This document shows positions 45,900-55,954 of a DNA stretch of 64,000 nucleotides, one piece after another; position 1 is the stretch's first letter, and each line of letters begins with the position of its first letter. The stretch comes from a virus: positions 1 to 64,000 of the IMG/VR virus record IMGVR_UViG_3300027763_000050; one strand, given 5' to 3'. A program made the position numbers and the translations under genes. The notes below the pieces were generated by a model. It was not told where the DNA came from, made no database searches, and saw only the letters and a program-made list of their open reading frames with translations.

Positions 45900-46465
45900 T
45901 GCACTGTTGAAAAAGTACAGAGCTAAGATTTAACTTACCGGCGCGGCGCGTAGATCATCAATGTGCAGAGGATATGCAGAGGAAACCTACACAAATAGGA
46001 CGCAATCGGAGGGGCAGAGTTGTAAATGGGGGTCATTATAGCACATCTCGAAAAGTTTTACGCGGCGAGCGTCGCGCCCGCGAGAATAATTAATGATAGC
46101 GGCGGAGCAAAAGTATAGGTTCTTAATTAACAACAACCGTGTTATTACTATATAACACTAACTCAGACTGAAAACGTGATTTTCCGTCGATTCTACGTGC
46201 GCGATAGGATCCATAGCACCTTTGCGTATTCTGATCTATTGAATTACGCGATACGAATTCAGATCAGACATATGTACGCAGTAGCCTACATTTAACTCGC
46301 GTATTCTTTCGCATACCTGCTACAACGCAGCACTTCACATGCTACGCGCGCGGCTTCCTAAGCACCCTTAAGCACTAGCAACAGCACATACGCAGTCTTA
46401 AGCATCCCCTGCTCTTGTGCCCCTCTCTCCTGTGCAGGGCAGTCTTCTCATGCTTTCGTACGTTC

Positions 46466-46563
46466 CCTCTCATCAGCGCGGGGCAGGTGACTCACTCGCT
46501 CCTCAACTGCTCAGGGCATGCTTCCTTCGCTCTCTCATACGCCTCTCATCAGCGCGGGGCAGG
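46466..46563 (+). repeat. 22-bp direct repeat CCTCTCATCAGCGCGGGGCAGG (46466-46487, 46542-46563)
   Basis: Read directly. Confidence 0.9.
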
Positions 46564-46836
46564 GGTCTGTGCTACAGAGCCTCTCGCGTTCTCAGGCGCA
46601 CTCGCACTCCTCGCTATGACAGGGGCGGTGCGTACCTTTTTTTTGTCTGGCAACCATCGGAACTTGACGGGGGTGTTTGATGTATTTCGCGCCGCCAAAA
46701 GTAAAAACGCCTTTCTATAGAGCCGCGCCACCGGGTACGAAATTGCGTATTTTTTGTACCCTATTTCAAAACACCTAGATACCGCCAGGTGTTTCGTTCT
46801 TTCTAAATTAGAGAAACGGAATAAATTTTCAAAAAA

Positions 46837-49125
46837 ATGGAGTCGCGGGAAAGTAAGCTCGGACGTCGCCTATCTCGCGAAGAATTCGAAGCATTACAGG
46901 CAGCTAAACAACAAGTTCAAGGCGCTCAATCCGCAATCGGTGGTATCGGTCAAATGCGCCCCGGCCTTGGCTTGCTGCCTCCCGCTGGCGAGCGTCGCTC
47001 AGAGTTAAGCGTCGCGGGTCTGCCGCCCCCGGGAACTTCGACTGAAAGCATCGATGGATATATCAAAGGTATGTACCCAGGTAGAGGAGAAGAAACGATT
47101 GCGCGACTAAGGGAGAGGGTTCCTTCCCGGAAGAAAGATGACGAACCTATAAGCGCAACAGACGTCATGATGCAGGTAAGGACAATCCCTGGCGCTTCCA
47201 TCTATGACCAAGGAAAAGACGTAAGCGGTTTTGTGCCAAGGCTTGAGCGAGCTGTCCAAGAGAACGCCGAAGGAAAGCAAGAACGAATGGAGGCAAGGCA
47301 GCGAGAATTGTCCGATCAACTTGCGGCCGAAGTTGCAGCCAATCCCGAGCTCGCTGAATTTCTTGGCCAAAAAAACGGCATGTTCACTCTGGACAGGGAA
47401 ACCGGCACTGCTGACCTGTCGCGATCCAATAACGACAAATACGGCGAATTTGCTTCCGAAGACCCAAGCGGATACAAGTATTCCTACCGCGGCGGCTCAG
47501 CTCCTTCTGAGTTGAACCCGTACGGCGGGATAGAAGTAACCGGCACAAACCGTCGCGATGTAAGGATTTACCCGGGCGATCCTGTGCTGACCCGTACAGG
47601 AGATCAAGATGACACGGCCTCCTTCCGGCGAGAGGAAGAGGTAACGCTTGGGAAACTAGCGCAAGAGCTTTCGAATGAATACAAGACTGAATCAATTACC
47701 CGTGGGGGATTGGTAAGGCTTCGGGATAAGGGCCTATTTAATCCGCTGCCAGTGGCACAGCGGGATCGGTCGTTGGTGGGCCATATCAGCCGGCTAGAGA
47801 GAGCTTCCAACCTCTCTGAAGACCAAGTCAGCCTGCTTGGACTAGACCCAAACATGCGGGTATTGAATCCAAACTCCATGGTTCGGGTGCCTGTCCCTGT
47901 TTTTGCCGTAACAAGGGTTGATCAAAATACTGGTGAAAGGGTGCCGGTTATTCAGCAAGAGACCGGTGAACCCTTATATAGAGTCGGCGAGCCTGTTAAC
48001 CGAGATCTGGACGCAATTCGCGACGAGCTACGTCCTTTTGTCCCCTCCGCTGCAGGGCAATTCAGTCAAGATGAGGTTCTGCGCCGTGGGTCAGAAAGTG
48101 CGGACCGTGAAAACGCTGCAAACGAACAGGCTCGGCAAAATAAACGGGCGGCGCTGCGAGGAAGAGCTGCTGAACAAGGCGGTACCGGCAGCTTCCAAGA
48201 CCTCCTAAAGGAGATTGTGGCCGGTGGTTTCATGGAGTCCGCCCCTGTCATATCTCCCGAGGCGGTAGATCGCCGTATCGCAAAGCTCAAGGCAGGTCTT
48301 ATCGCTAGGGCTGGAGAGGCTGGACCCATGATCTCGCAGGAACTTGGCGAAAATCGGACCCTAGATGAGCTGATTCGAGCAAGTTCCGCTCCACGGGGCC
48401 GCGAGGTGGACCTGTTCAGCGAAGAACCAATCGATGAAGCCCTGCTCCGAGCTCATAATCCACTGGAAGCGGACGAACAGCTCGGCGCCGAAATCCAGGG
48501 CTTGACCGCTAGAGGCTCCGGATTGGATACCTCGGAAGAAAATATGGCCAATTGGGCAGATATTGACTACTCACCAGAGAGCCGCGGTTACCAGATCGAG
48601 CAATTCGACCGTGACCCAGCCCGCCAGCCATGGAGGGAAACCTTTGTTGACCCCATTACCGGTAATCCTTACCCCAATCCACTGAAAAACCGCATTAACG
48701 CCCTTGAAGAGACAGCGCAAAAGCTGAATCCCCTTGCTGACGCCGCTCAAGTCGACTTGATGACCAAGGCAATGGAGCAGGAAATGGCTTACCGGCAGCG
48801 GATTGGCGCTCCCCGCTCCCAGGAGTCCATGGCCGACGCACGCACCACCGCACAGTCAGCGCTCAATGCCCCCGCGAGCGCCTCTGTGGCCCCCCAGGAA
48901 GTTGGTCAAGAGCTGTTCGCCCGCCCAGTTCGCACCTGGACCCCACCCAGGGAGCCCGATCAACTGCTGGCTGACTCAATTCGCTCTAAATACCAAAGGA
49001 CTGTCCCAGGAATGCGCGAGTTCTCCTACACAGGCCTTGCTGACGCACTTGGGGGAGAGGTCGGCGACCCCCAACAGGAAGCAGCCATGAAGTTTTTAGC
49101 TGAGCGCATCGCTCGGAGGCGCTGA
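46837..49125 (+). CDS. Large hypothetical protein (putative internal virion protein)
   Basis: 762-aa ORF opening the plus-strand block; no recognisable catalytic motif. Confidence 0.75.
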   Translation: MESRESKLGRRLSREEFEALQAAKQQVQGAQSAIGGIGQMRPGLGLLPPAGERRSELSVAGLPPPGTSTESIDGYIKGMYPGRGEETIARLRERVPSRKKDDEPISATDVMMQVRTIPGASIYDQGKDVSGFVPRLERAVQENAEGKQERMEARQRELSDQLAAEVAANPELAEFLGQKNGMFTLDRETGTADLSRSNNDKYGEFASEDPSGYKYSYRGGSAPSELNPYGGIEVTGTNRRDVRIYPGDPVLTRTGDQDDTASFRREEEVTLGKLAQELSNEYKTESITRGGLVRLRDKGLFNPLPVAQRDRSLVGHISRLERASNLSEDQVSLLGLDPNMRVLNPNSMVRVPVPVFAVTRVDQNTGERVPVIQQETGEPLYRVGEPVNRDLDAIRDELRPFVPSAAGQFSQDEVLRRGSESADRENAANEQARQNKRAALRGRAAEQGGTGSFQDLLKEIVAGGFMESAPVISPEAVDRRIAKLKAGLIARAGEAGPMISQELGENRTLDELIRASSAPRGREVDLFSEEPIDEALLRAHNPLEADEQLGAEIQGLTARGSGLDTSEENMANWADIDYSPESRGYQIEQFDRDPARQPWRETFVDPITGNPYPNPLKNRINALEETAQKLNPLADAAQVDLMTKAMEQEMAYRQRIGAPRSQESMADARTTAQSALNAPASASVAPQEVGQELFARPVRTWTPPREPDQLLADSIRSKYQRTVPGMREFSYTGLADALGGEVGDPQQEAAMKFLAERIARRR

Positions 49126-49127
49126 TC

Positions 49128-49373
49128 ATGGCGGATGAACAGGAAAAACGGGGGAAAGCCAAGGATTTGGCTAACTCTTTTAAGCGAATGAGCAAACCTG
49201 CCAGCCAAGGCGGTACCGGGGGCACCTTCTCCGCCGCTGCCACCAAGGCCGGATACCCTGACACCCCGAAAGGGCGCTCTCAGTTTGCAGAAGCCGTGCT
49301 TAAAGAGAAAGATAAGTACAGCGAAAAGATGGTCAAGAAAGCCAACTTCTATAAGAACGTCATCAGTAAATAA
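49128..49373 (+). CDS. Small basic protein (KKANF motif)
   Basis: GTFSAAATKAG...KKANFYKN motif seen in small phage virion proteins. Confidence 0.65.
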   Translation: MADEQEKRGKAKDLANSFKRMSKPASQGGTGGTFSAAATKAGYPDTPKGRSQFAEAVLKEKDKYSEKMVKKANFYKNVISK

Positions 49374-49408
49374 TTCGCTAGAATAAGCGCACGGCTGGGA
49401 TTACGTAA

Positions 49409-49687
49409 GTGGCTGGCGGGCGCGTACAAGATACCACTAGGCCCTCGCTGAATCAGTCGATCCGGCAGGCCCTGCAGAATAAGCGCGAACGAGCAGAAGT
49501 ACCTGTTGTTTTTGGCATGGAAAAAGGCTCACCCCAGAGATTTGCGGGTGAAGAACTTAAAGTTGCCGGCATGAATGGACAGTTTGGCGCTAAAACTGAA
49601 GATCCCGCCTCGCAGCCATACTTCAAGAAGTTCGTATCTCGCTATGTTGCGGGAGAAGGTCTACTTAACGGTAACGGGGCAGCGTAA
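49409..49687 (+). CDS. Hypothetical protein
   Basis: TAGAAT box; TAATG coupling. Confidence 0.6.
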   Translation: MAGGRVQDTTRPSLNQSIRQALQNKRERAEVPVVFGMEKGSPQRFAGEELKVAGMNGQFGAKTEDPASQPYFKKFVSRYVAGEGLLNGNGAA

Positions 49688-50220
49688 TGAGATTCTCTGG
49701 TGAAAAAGTTCTCGGCCTGTTAAGTAAGATTGCGACCGGTGGCCGAGCGATGAGCAAGGGAGAAGCAGCCCTTGAGTTCGGGCCAGATATTGTCATGGCG
49801 GCGCTTACCGCTGCGACCTTGCCCGAGGGCGTGGATCCAATGCTGCGAGCAGGGGCTGGGGCCGAGGATTTAGCGTACGGTCTGGGCGGCTCATTGGCCG
49901 GTCGATTCCTCGGTAGGCGGGGGGCTGCTCTATTTAGGCCGGGTGACGACATGGCGGCCAGGGGCATAGAGCAGGTTGGCGGGATGCTGGGCGGTATTGT
50001 CCCAAGCATGATGGCGCCTCGACCCATACTGAACCAAGCAATTGAGCAGGCCTACAGCAGGCAAGGGCAAAGGGAAACGGCTAAGAAGAATGAGCAGCAG
50101 GGGGAGAGCAATGAAGCGCTGGCGGATGCTCTTTTAAGGCTTGGCTACGTAAGCGCCTCTGGTGATGTGGGAGTTTCACCGGAAGTTATCGCTCGAGGTG
50201 GTATTGGGACTATCGTCTGA
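49687..50220 (+). CDS. Gly-zipper putative ejection/internal virion protein
   Basis: GxxxG hydrophobic helices. Confidence 0.65.
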   Translation: MRFSGEKVLGLLSKIATGGRAMSKGEAALEFGPDIVMAALTAATLPEGVDPMLRAGAGAEDLAYGLGGSLAGRFLGRRGAALFRPGDDMAARGIEQVGGMLGGIVPSMMAPRPILNQAIEQAYSRQGQRETAKKNEQQGESNEALADALLRLGYVSASGDVGVSPEVIARGGIGTIV

Positions 50221-51575
50221 TGGCGAACGATTTCCGGGGAATAAGGCGGGCGTTTTTAGGCGGGATCAACGCTGATCCAGGCGCTTACGGCAAATGGGAA
50301 CAGAAAGAGCAGACCTTAGCCGGTAATGATTACGAGCCGAGCCCGAGTGAGTACATGCTCGGACGTTCGCCAATAGTTGACTATGTCCGCAGGCTGCTAC
50401 CCGGCAGAGTTTCAGACGTTAAGCCAGTAGTAGAAAGCTGGGGATTGCGCTCACCTGCAATGCCAGGTTTTATATCCAACTTGCCACTGGGCGGATATTC
50501 TGGCAAAGAAAAACAAAGCTACCTAGAGGCGCGTGACAACGACAAATTACTAAAGGAAAGCACGATTCGCCCGGGCTTCATGCCAACCGGCGAGTTTGGC
50601 GAAGAAGAAAAGATTAACCTCTTAAAAGACAAGACATCCCCCCCGGGACCGTCGATACTCCCTGGCAACAAGGAGATAGACGTAGACGGAGCAACTCAGG
50701 CAGCAGCACAGGCCGCGGGTGTGGCGGCAAGTGATTTTGTTGGCGATGGTGCTCGAAATATTTGGTGGTTCCTTAACGCGCCACAAGCAATTGCCCAGGT
50801 CGCCACTTTTGCGGGCCTGCATGGGGCGGGCAAGGGAGTTGCGCCGGATGAGTATGGACCAATTCTCAAGCGCGGTGGGCATCGTTTCGCTGCTGCACTG
50901 CCGGCAACGATTGCGGTCTCGTTTGGTATCGGTAGTGCCATGCGTCAACCGGGTTACGGAGCCGCGGTGCCGGACGAGGATTTGCGAACCAAGGCAGCGG
51001 ACCCTGTTACTGAATTGGGCGCAAGATACTTCTTGGGTAGAAGTGGCAATTTGCTGCCCTATGAGCAATTTAAGTTAGAGCGCCCTGACGTATCGGAAGA
51101 GGAGTATCAGGAGTACAAGCGCTTCCTTCACGGCAACAAGTCACCATTAAAGGCGACGCTCGAGGGGATCAACGGCCCAGAGGTGAATTTCATGGGCAAG
51201 AGCGTTCCGGTTGTGACAACGATCCTACCCGTAATAGCGTCAATTGTTGGCAGTCGTTACGGGGCAAGAAAGGCCGCAGAAAGACTTGCCAATGGCAGCG
51301 AGGGAAATCAATTTGTTAAGTCTATGCTTGTCAGGGAAGAGGTAAAAGAAATTGAGCGTGACCTAGAAAGGGACAAGCCGGAGTACACCAGGGAAGATTT
51401 AGTAGCAGCGCAGGCGGAGTCACTTGGATTGCACCGCGACATACAAAATGAAGTCCTAAAAAGCGCTTTGACTTACGGTTCTGGCTCTCTTGTTACTACG
51501 GCCGTATTAGGATCGGCACTAGAAGAAGTCCGCCGTTCAATCGGCCCAATGGCTGAACTGGAGCCCAAGAAATGA
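50220..51575 (+). CDS. Putative ejection/internal virion protein with hydrophobic helices
   Basis: 451-aa coupled ORF. Confidence 0.7.
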   Translation: MANDFRGIRRAFLGGINADPGAYGKWEQKEQTLAGNDYEPSPSEYMLGRSPIVDYVRRLLPGRVSDVKPVVESWGLRSPAMPGFISNLPLGGYSGKEKQSYLEARDNDKLLKESTIRPGFMPTGEFGEEEKINLLKDKTSPPGPSILPGNKEIDVDGATQAAAQAAGVAASDFVGDGARNIWWFLNAPQAIAQVATFAGLHGAGKGVAPDEYGPILKRGGHRFAAALPATIAVSFGIGSAMRQPGYGAAVPDEDLRTKAADPVTELGARYFLGRSGNLLPYEQFKLERPDVSEEEYQEYKRFLHGNKSPLKATLEGINGPEVNFMGKSVPVVTTILPVIASIVGSRYGARKAAERLANGSEGNQFVKSMLVREEVKEIERDLERDKPEYTREDLVAAQAESLGLHRDIQNEVLKSALTYGSGSLVTTAVLGSALEEVRRSIGPMAELEPKK

Positions 51576-52015
51576 GATTTAGAGCAAGCGAACAAGCAAG
51601 TAATTTTCTGCATAACCTGGGGACAGACACCAGCAGCGAGGCGGATCTCGCCGGAGCAGGGTTATCTGCATTTGGGACAAGCAGGGCAAGGCATCTAAGT
51701 GATCTGGCAGCTGCACAGGCACGGGATACTGCTGCGCCTTTGGAGGCATACGGAAAAATTTTGCGGGCCCAAAACACGCCACAAGGATCCTCAAGCAGCA
51801 GCGGTGCAAATACCGGCAAACTGGTCTCGGCCGGCGCTGACTTGATCAAGGGTATTGGTGGTTTACTTGGCGGCGGTGGAGGCGGAGGTGTTTCGTCCTG
51901 GGGGCTATCGGGTCCCAGTGGCGCAGTGAGCTACGGCGGCGGTGCTGGCGAGGCATTGTCTGATTGGAAAATTGGCTCAACCGATTGGTCGGGCATTGGT
52001 AGCGGTTGGGGCTAG
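51572..52015 (+). CDS. Gly/Ser-rich putative ejection protein
   Basis: Composition; ATGA coupling. Confidence 0.6.
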   Translation: MRFRASEQASNFLHNLGTDTSSEADLAGAGLSAFGTSRARHLSDLAAAQARDTAAPLEAYGKILRAQNTPQGSSSSSGANTGKLVSAGADLIKGIGGLLGGGGGGGVSSWGLSGPSGAVSYGGGAGEALSDWKIGSTDWSGIGSGWG

Positions 52016-52024
52016 GAGAAAGAA

Positions 52025-52558
52025 ATGGCTTTTGGTTACAGCGATACAAGCACCAACCCAGTAGACCCATTTGCTGTTACAAGATTCAGTGGCGACGATG
52101 ATTGGCTCAAGTCACCAAAAGTTAACGCCCTGAGTAATGTTCCAAATTTCAGCGGCAAGCAAATCTCTCCTGACAGTTCGGGGGAGGTGGCATACCAGGG
52201 GTCATTCTCGCCATCGGGTGGTGCTGTCAGCGCAATGGATGATGTTCTATCGACAAATAAAAGTAACGAAACAAGGATGGCAGGGGACGCGCTAAAGGGT
52301 GCTTTCCAGGTTTCGCAGGCCAGGAAGGAAGCAGAGAAAACTCAAAGGGAGGCCGAGCAGCAGGCACAGGCAATGGCGTGGAATAATTACGCCAATGCAA
52401 TAGCGGCGCAAAAAGCCAATAAGAAGTCAGGTGGTAATAATTTCCTGAGCACTGCACTTGGAATAGGTAGCTCAGTGGCAAGCCTCATTCCTGGCGGGCA
52501 GGCCGTGGGAATTGCTTTAGGTGCTGGCGCTAAGGGGGCAGGCGCGCTTGGTGTTTAA
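52025..52558 (+). CDS. Putative ejection protein
   Basis: Coiled coil plus C-terminal ASLIPGGQAVGIALG segment. Confidence 0.65.
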   Translation: MAFGYSDTSTNPVDPFAVTRFSGDDDWLKSPKVNALSNVPNFSGKQISPDSSGEVAYQGSFSPSGGAVSAMDDVLSTNKSNETRMAGDALKGAFQVSQARKEAEKTQREAEQQAQAMAWNNYANAIAAQKANKKSGGNNFLSTALGIGSSVASLIPGGQAVGIALGAGAKGAGALGV

Positions 52559-52647
52559 TTATCTTGAGCTGATCGGCTAACTGCTGCTATATCGAGCAAG
52601 CTGTATTTACTAGAATAATGAACAAGTAAAACTGTCTCTGCGATCAG

Positions 52648-53433
52648 ATGACGTCTGGGTTCTCTTATTATCCGTCGCGTAACGGATCTACTTACGATCT
52701 TGGCGGCACCGACCGAGTCGTTGTTCTCCCAAAAGATAGAGGGCCAGGGGTTGATTTTGACGCCGGAGATTTACTCTCTACCGTAGCGGCTACAGGTGGT
52801 GGGCGCAAAGCTGGCGATTTAGGGCTAGCAGCGATCAAGCAAGGATTGATAAATGCGGGTAAATCGCCTGCGGAATTTGTCGGTAGGCATGGCGGCAAAT
52901 TGGCAGGTTTAGGTGTTTTGACTGCGATTCTTGGCGGCGCTGCTGAATTGGCCGATTCGAAAGATAACCTCGCTACTAACGTGGCTGAGGGCGTTGGATT
53001 TACTACTGGCACCCTTGGCGGCATGGCTGCAGGGGCCGCCGCTGGGGCCGCTCTGACAGGCCCTCTCGCACCGTTGGGGGCATTGGCCGGGGCTACGATC
53101 GCGGGGGCACTGGGCGGGACGGCGGGCAAGGGGCTGCTTGGCACAGTGGCCAACGCAATTCAAGGCATATCACCGGAAGACAGAGAGCTCAATCAGCGCT
53201 TGCAGGGTTCACGGGCTGAAGGGCGTTTGCGTTTGGAGCAAATGCGGGAATCGCTGCCCGTCATGGAACAGTATTTGGCGGTCAAGCGTGATGATGATAT
53301 TCGCCGTTTGGGGACCCAGGTGGGTGCGACAAATGACGTGAATTTTGCAAGCGCCTTAAACGCCATGCTGGTTAACAGGGGCAATCAGGCGGACGTACAA
53401 ATGCGTGAAATGAATCGGGGGCTATTTGGCTGA
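52648..53433 (+). CDS. Gly-zipper putative ejection protein
   Basis: GGMAAGAAAGAALTGPLAPLGALAGA zipper. Confidence 0.7.
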   Translation: MTSGFSYYPSRNGSTYDLGGTDRVVVLPKDRGPGVDFDAGDLLSTVAATGGGRKAGDLGLAAIKQGLINAGKSPAEFVGRHGGKLAGLGVLTAILGGAAELADSKDNLATNVAEGVGFTTGTLGGMAAGAAAGAALTGPLAPLGALAGATIAGALGGTAGKGLLGTVANAIQGISPEDRELNQRLQGSRAEGRLRLEQMRESLPVMEQYLAVKRDDDIRRLGTQVGATNDVNFASALNAMLVNRGNQADVQMREMNRGLFG

Positions 53434-54140
53434 TGGCATTTGATCTGCCCGGTTATAGCGTCGCTTCAAATTACCTGGCCTCCTACCGCCCAGTGGGGAA
53501 GGTGGAAGGTTTTGCCAACGTATTAAGCAACAGCGGCACAAATGCGCTGGCAAGAATTCCTGGCGACAACCAGGCGATGGCCACTCAGCTGACGGAGCGG
53601 GCGTTGGCTGAACAGGGTGGCATAAAGCGCCAGAAGTTGGTTAACGAGCAGGCGGTTGAGAACAGCAAGGCATCACTGGCAAAGGATTTCAACATCTACC
53701 TGCAGCAACGTGCAATCAACGAGCAGGTAAGCGGATTAAAGCAAAAGCCAACTTTGTTTGACAAGCTAAATCTTGCGGCAACCCTTTCCCAGGGATTTAG
53801 CGGCGGCGGATCTGCCAGGGGGCTGACAGCTAGTGAAATTGGGATAGGAGGCAACCCTCTGGACAAGTTAAATAATTTGCTGTCCGGCACAAGAACGTTA
53901 AGGGGTGAAATTAATCAAGCGCTGGGCGGAAGTAGCGGAATGACAGCAAACGCTCTTAGGTCACTACCTTCTATCGATGCGTCTGCCGGGCGGAGTTCCG
54001 GGGGGATGACTGTAACGGAGCCAGCGCAGGCCCAGTTACGGCAGCAATCTGCGCCAAGCGTTCTCAGGGGTGATAGAGCGCAAGATGATTCAGACTTTAT
54101 GAATTTCTTGCAGCAACAAAGGCTTGGCTCAGCGAGTTAA
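53433..54140 (+). CDS. Putative internal virion protein
   Basis: Coupled ORF. Confidence 0.65.
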   Translation: MAFDLPGYSVASNYLASYRPVGKVEGFANVLSNSGTNALARIPGDNQAMATQLTERALAEQGGIKRQKLVNEQAVENSKASLAKDFNIYLQQRAINEQVSGLKQKPTLFDKLNLAATLSQGFSGGGSARGLTASEIGIGGNPLDKLNNLLSGTRTLRGEINQALGGSSGMTANALRSLPSIDASAGRSSGGMTVTEPAQAQLRQQSAPSVLRGDRAQDDSDFMNFLQQQRLGSAS

Positions 54141-54190
54141 TTTTTTTGCCAAGCTGCAACGACTAAGATAGAAAGGGAGGATGCACTCTT

Positions 54191-54727
54191 ATGACACAGC
54201 CAAGCAATAGTATTGCGGACCTCCTGGCATGGGCCAAGAGTCGTAACCTGGTTGACGAATTCAATAAGCCAACCAAATACGGCGCTGAAACCTTTGCTGC
54301 GCGCAAAGCTCAGCCGTATCAATCGGACGCCCAGTCCAGGCTGCTAAACACTGCCGCCGCTGGAAAGCTTAGTAATGAAAATTTCTCTGACCAACAATCA
54401 CGGATAACCCAGGCGACTGCGGAACGAACACCTGTAGTCTTAAATGCCTTACGTGGCCAATCGGATATACGGGGAGACGAGCAGGAGCGCCGGGTAGGCC
54501 TTCTTAGAAATCAGCTAATTGACCCGCAGGGTAAGCGAGAAACTGATTTATACATGGCGGGAATCGGGCCTGGCGGGTTAGCCGACCGATTAATGGCATC
54601 GGATGAGCGCAAGTACGCGCAGGCGCTTGCATCACAAGAAAAGGCAAATAATCGAAATAGCGTTCAAAACTTAATTGATAACATTCTCAAGACCGGCGCA
54701 ATGATCCTGCCGTTCGCACTCTCCTAG
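54191..54727 (+). CDS. Putative internal virion protein
   Basis: GGAGG RBS. Confidence 0.65.
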   Translation: MTQPSNSIADLLAWAKSRNLVDEFNKPTKYGAETFAARKAQPYQSDAQSRLLNTAAAGKLSNENFSDQQSRITQATAERTPVVLNALRGQSDIRGDEQERRVGLLRNQLIDPQGKRETDLYMAGIGPGGLADRLMASDERKYAQALASQEKANNRNSVQNLIDNILKTGAMILPFALS

Positions 54728-54729
54728 AT

Positions 54730-55434
54730 ATGTCCTCCTACGCATCGCCATCCGCACCAGTAACAGGGGCTGACGGAAAGACACTCCCTTATCCGTACAC
54801 GACTTCTGGCACCCTGATAAGCTCAGGGATGAAGAACCTGGTTGATATTGGCAACCAGTACAAAGACAATGAATCAATTGGGGCCTTGGTCGCAGGCGGG
54901 TTAATTGATGCTGCTAAAACGACGATTAATACCGGCCTTGAGAATCAGTACAACGATTCATTCCTGGGCAGCATGGCAACTTACAATAAAACTCTTGACG
55001 ACAACAAGACTGGCAACACCAAGGGCTTGATGGCTACCGAGGCCGGGCTCACTAAAGAGGTAATCCAGAAGAATGCCGATGAAAGTATCAGACTCGGTCA
55101 AGCGGGCTACGGATCAACTGGATACATGACCCAAGCCGAGGTTGCTAAACAGGGCGCGGTTAACACTGGAATGTTAGATGTAGCAAGGGAAAATCGCTTG
55201 GGATCTGACTTTGCTGAAGTCACCCGTGGCCAAACAGCTCGGGATGTGGCGTCAACACAAGCAAGTGGAGCCCGTGACGTAGCCACAATTCAGGGTGACT
55301 ACAACGTTCGCAATACAACGGAAACTGGTCGACAAAGCCGTTTGCTAGAGGGCGAGAAGACTGACCAACAGATGCGATTAAGGGCAGATGCCAGGGGCGC
55401 TATCCGCTCTGCTGGTGGCCGTTTTTATGGCTGA
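54730..55434 (+). CDS. Putative DNA-pilot-like protein
   Basis: 11-residue ARDVA repeats. Confidence 0.6.
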   Translation: MSSYASPSAPVTGADGKTLPYPYTTSGTLISSGMKNLVDIGNQYKDNESIGALVAGGLIDAAKTTINTGLENQYNDSFLGSMATYNKTLDDNKTGNTKGLMATEAGLTKEVIQKNADESIRLGQAGYGSTGYMTQAEVAKQGAVNTGMLDVARENRLGSDFAEVTRGQTARDVASTQASGARDVATIQGDYNVRNTTETGRQSRLLEGEKTDQQMRLRADARGAIRSAGGRFYG

Positions 55435-55440
55435 TAGCTA

Positions 55441-55950
55441 ATGTTGGCTAAAGAGTCAGATCAGGTAACAGTATTTCTCAGGGCCCTGGGGGATAGCGCC
55501 CGAGAAGCCTTTGTTAATTACGCCGAACATACATATTCCGTCTACGAGATATGGTTATATGCTGGCGTGCTTGGGTATAGCGGTTCTTTTGTAGAACTTG
55601 AGAAATGGGTAAGCGAGAATCACAAAAAGTTAAATAGGCGTGATTTGCTGCTGAGAGAAATATGCAAGCTAGAGGAAGACATTGATGCGATCCGACAGCA
55701 ATCAATTTGCAACATGGTAAAACCGGAATCCGCCGCGTCTCGGATTGCTCAGCTATCAAAAGAAATGCGGGGGCACGTAGTCGAGGTCGAGCGTATGTCT
55801 AAACCAGTGGATAGGCGAGGGCTGGTATTGGCCGGCGCTGACCGGGTGATGAGAGAGCTAAATACAATCTTCGAGAACAACGCAGAAATTAAAGATGCGC
55901 TGGATGAGGCGTTTGAATCAATCTGGACTCGACTCATAGCAGAGGTGTAG
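55441..55950 (+). CDS. Probable terminase small subunit
   Basis: Helical 169-aa ORF immediately upstream of TerL. Confidence 0.5.
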   Translation: MLAKESDQVTVFLRALGDSAREAFVNYAEHTYSVYEIWLYAGVLGYSGSFVELEKWVSENHKKLNRRDLLLREICKLEEDIDAIRQQSICNMVKPESAASRIAQLSKEMRGHVVEVERMSKPVDRRGLVLAGADRVMRELNTIFENNAEIKDALDEAFESIWTRLIAEV

Positions 55951-55954
55951 TCGC

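Larger units (their letters stand above)
43635..45919 (-). repeat. Array of 8 intergenic repeat elements (terminator hairpin + U-tract + TTGYAC-TYYTTCAAC-AGTGCA element), up to ~60 bp each
   Basis: GCACTGTTGAA core at +43637, 44193, 44656, 44954, 45152, 45410, 45655, 45901; copies at 44653 and 44951 identical over 67 bp; degenerate ninth copy at 41206. Confidence 0.95.

Noticed and set aside
43635-45919. CRISPR array
   Set aside because: Intervals are 198-556 bp, uneven and protein-coding; the repeats contain terminators; no cas operon is present (the PD-(D/E)XK nuclease is a common phage exonuclease).
46837-49125. Phage RNA polymerase recognising the hairpin element
   Set aside because: No DxDGD or T7/N4-type polymerase motifs recognisable; left as hypothetical.
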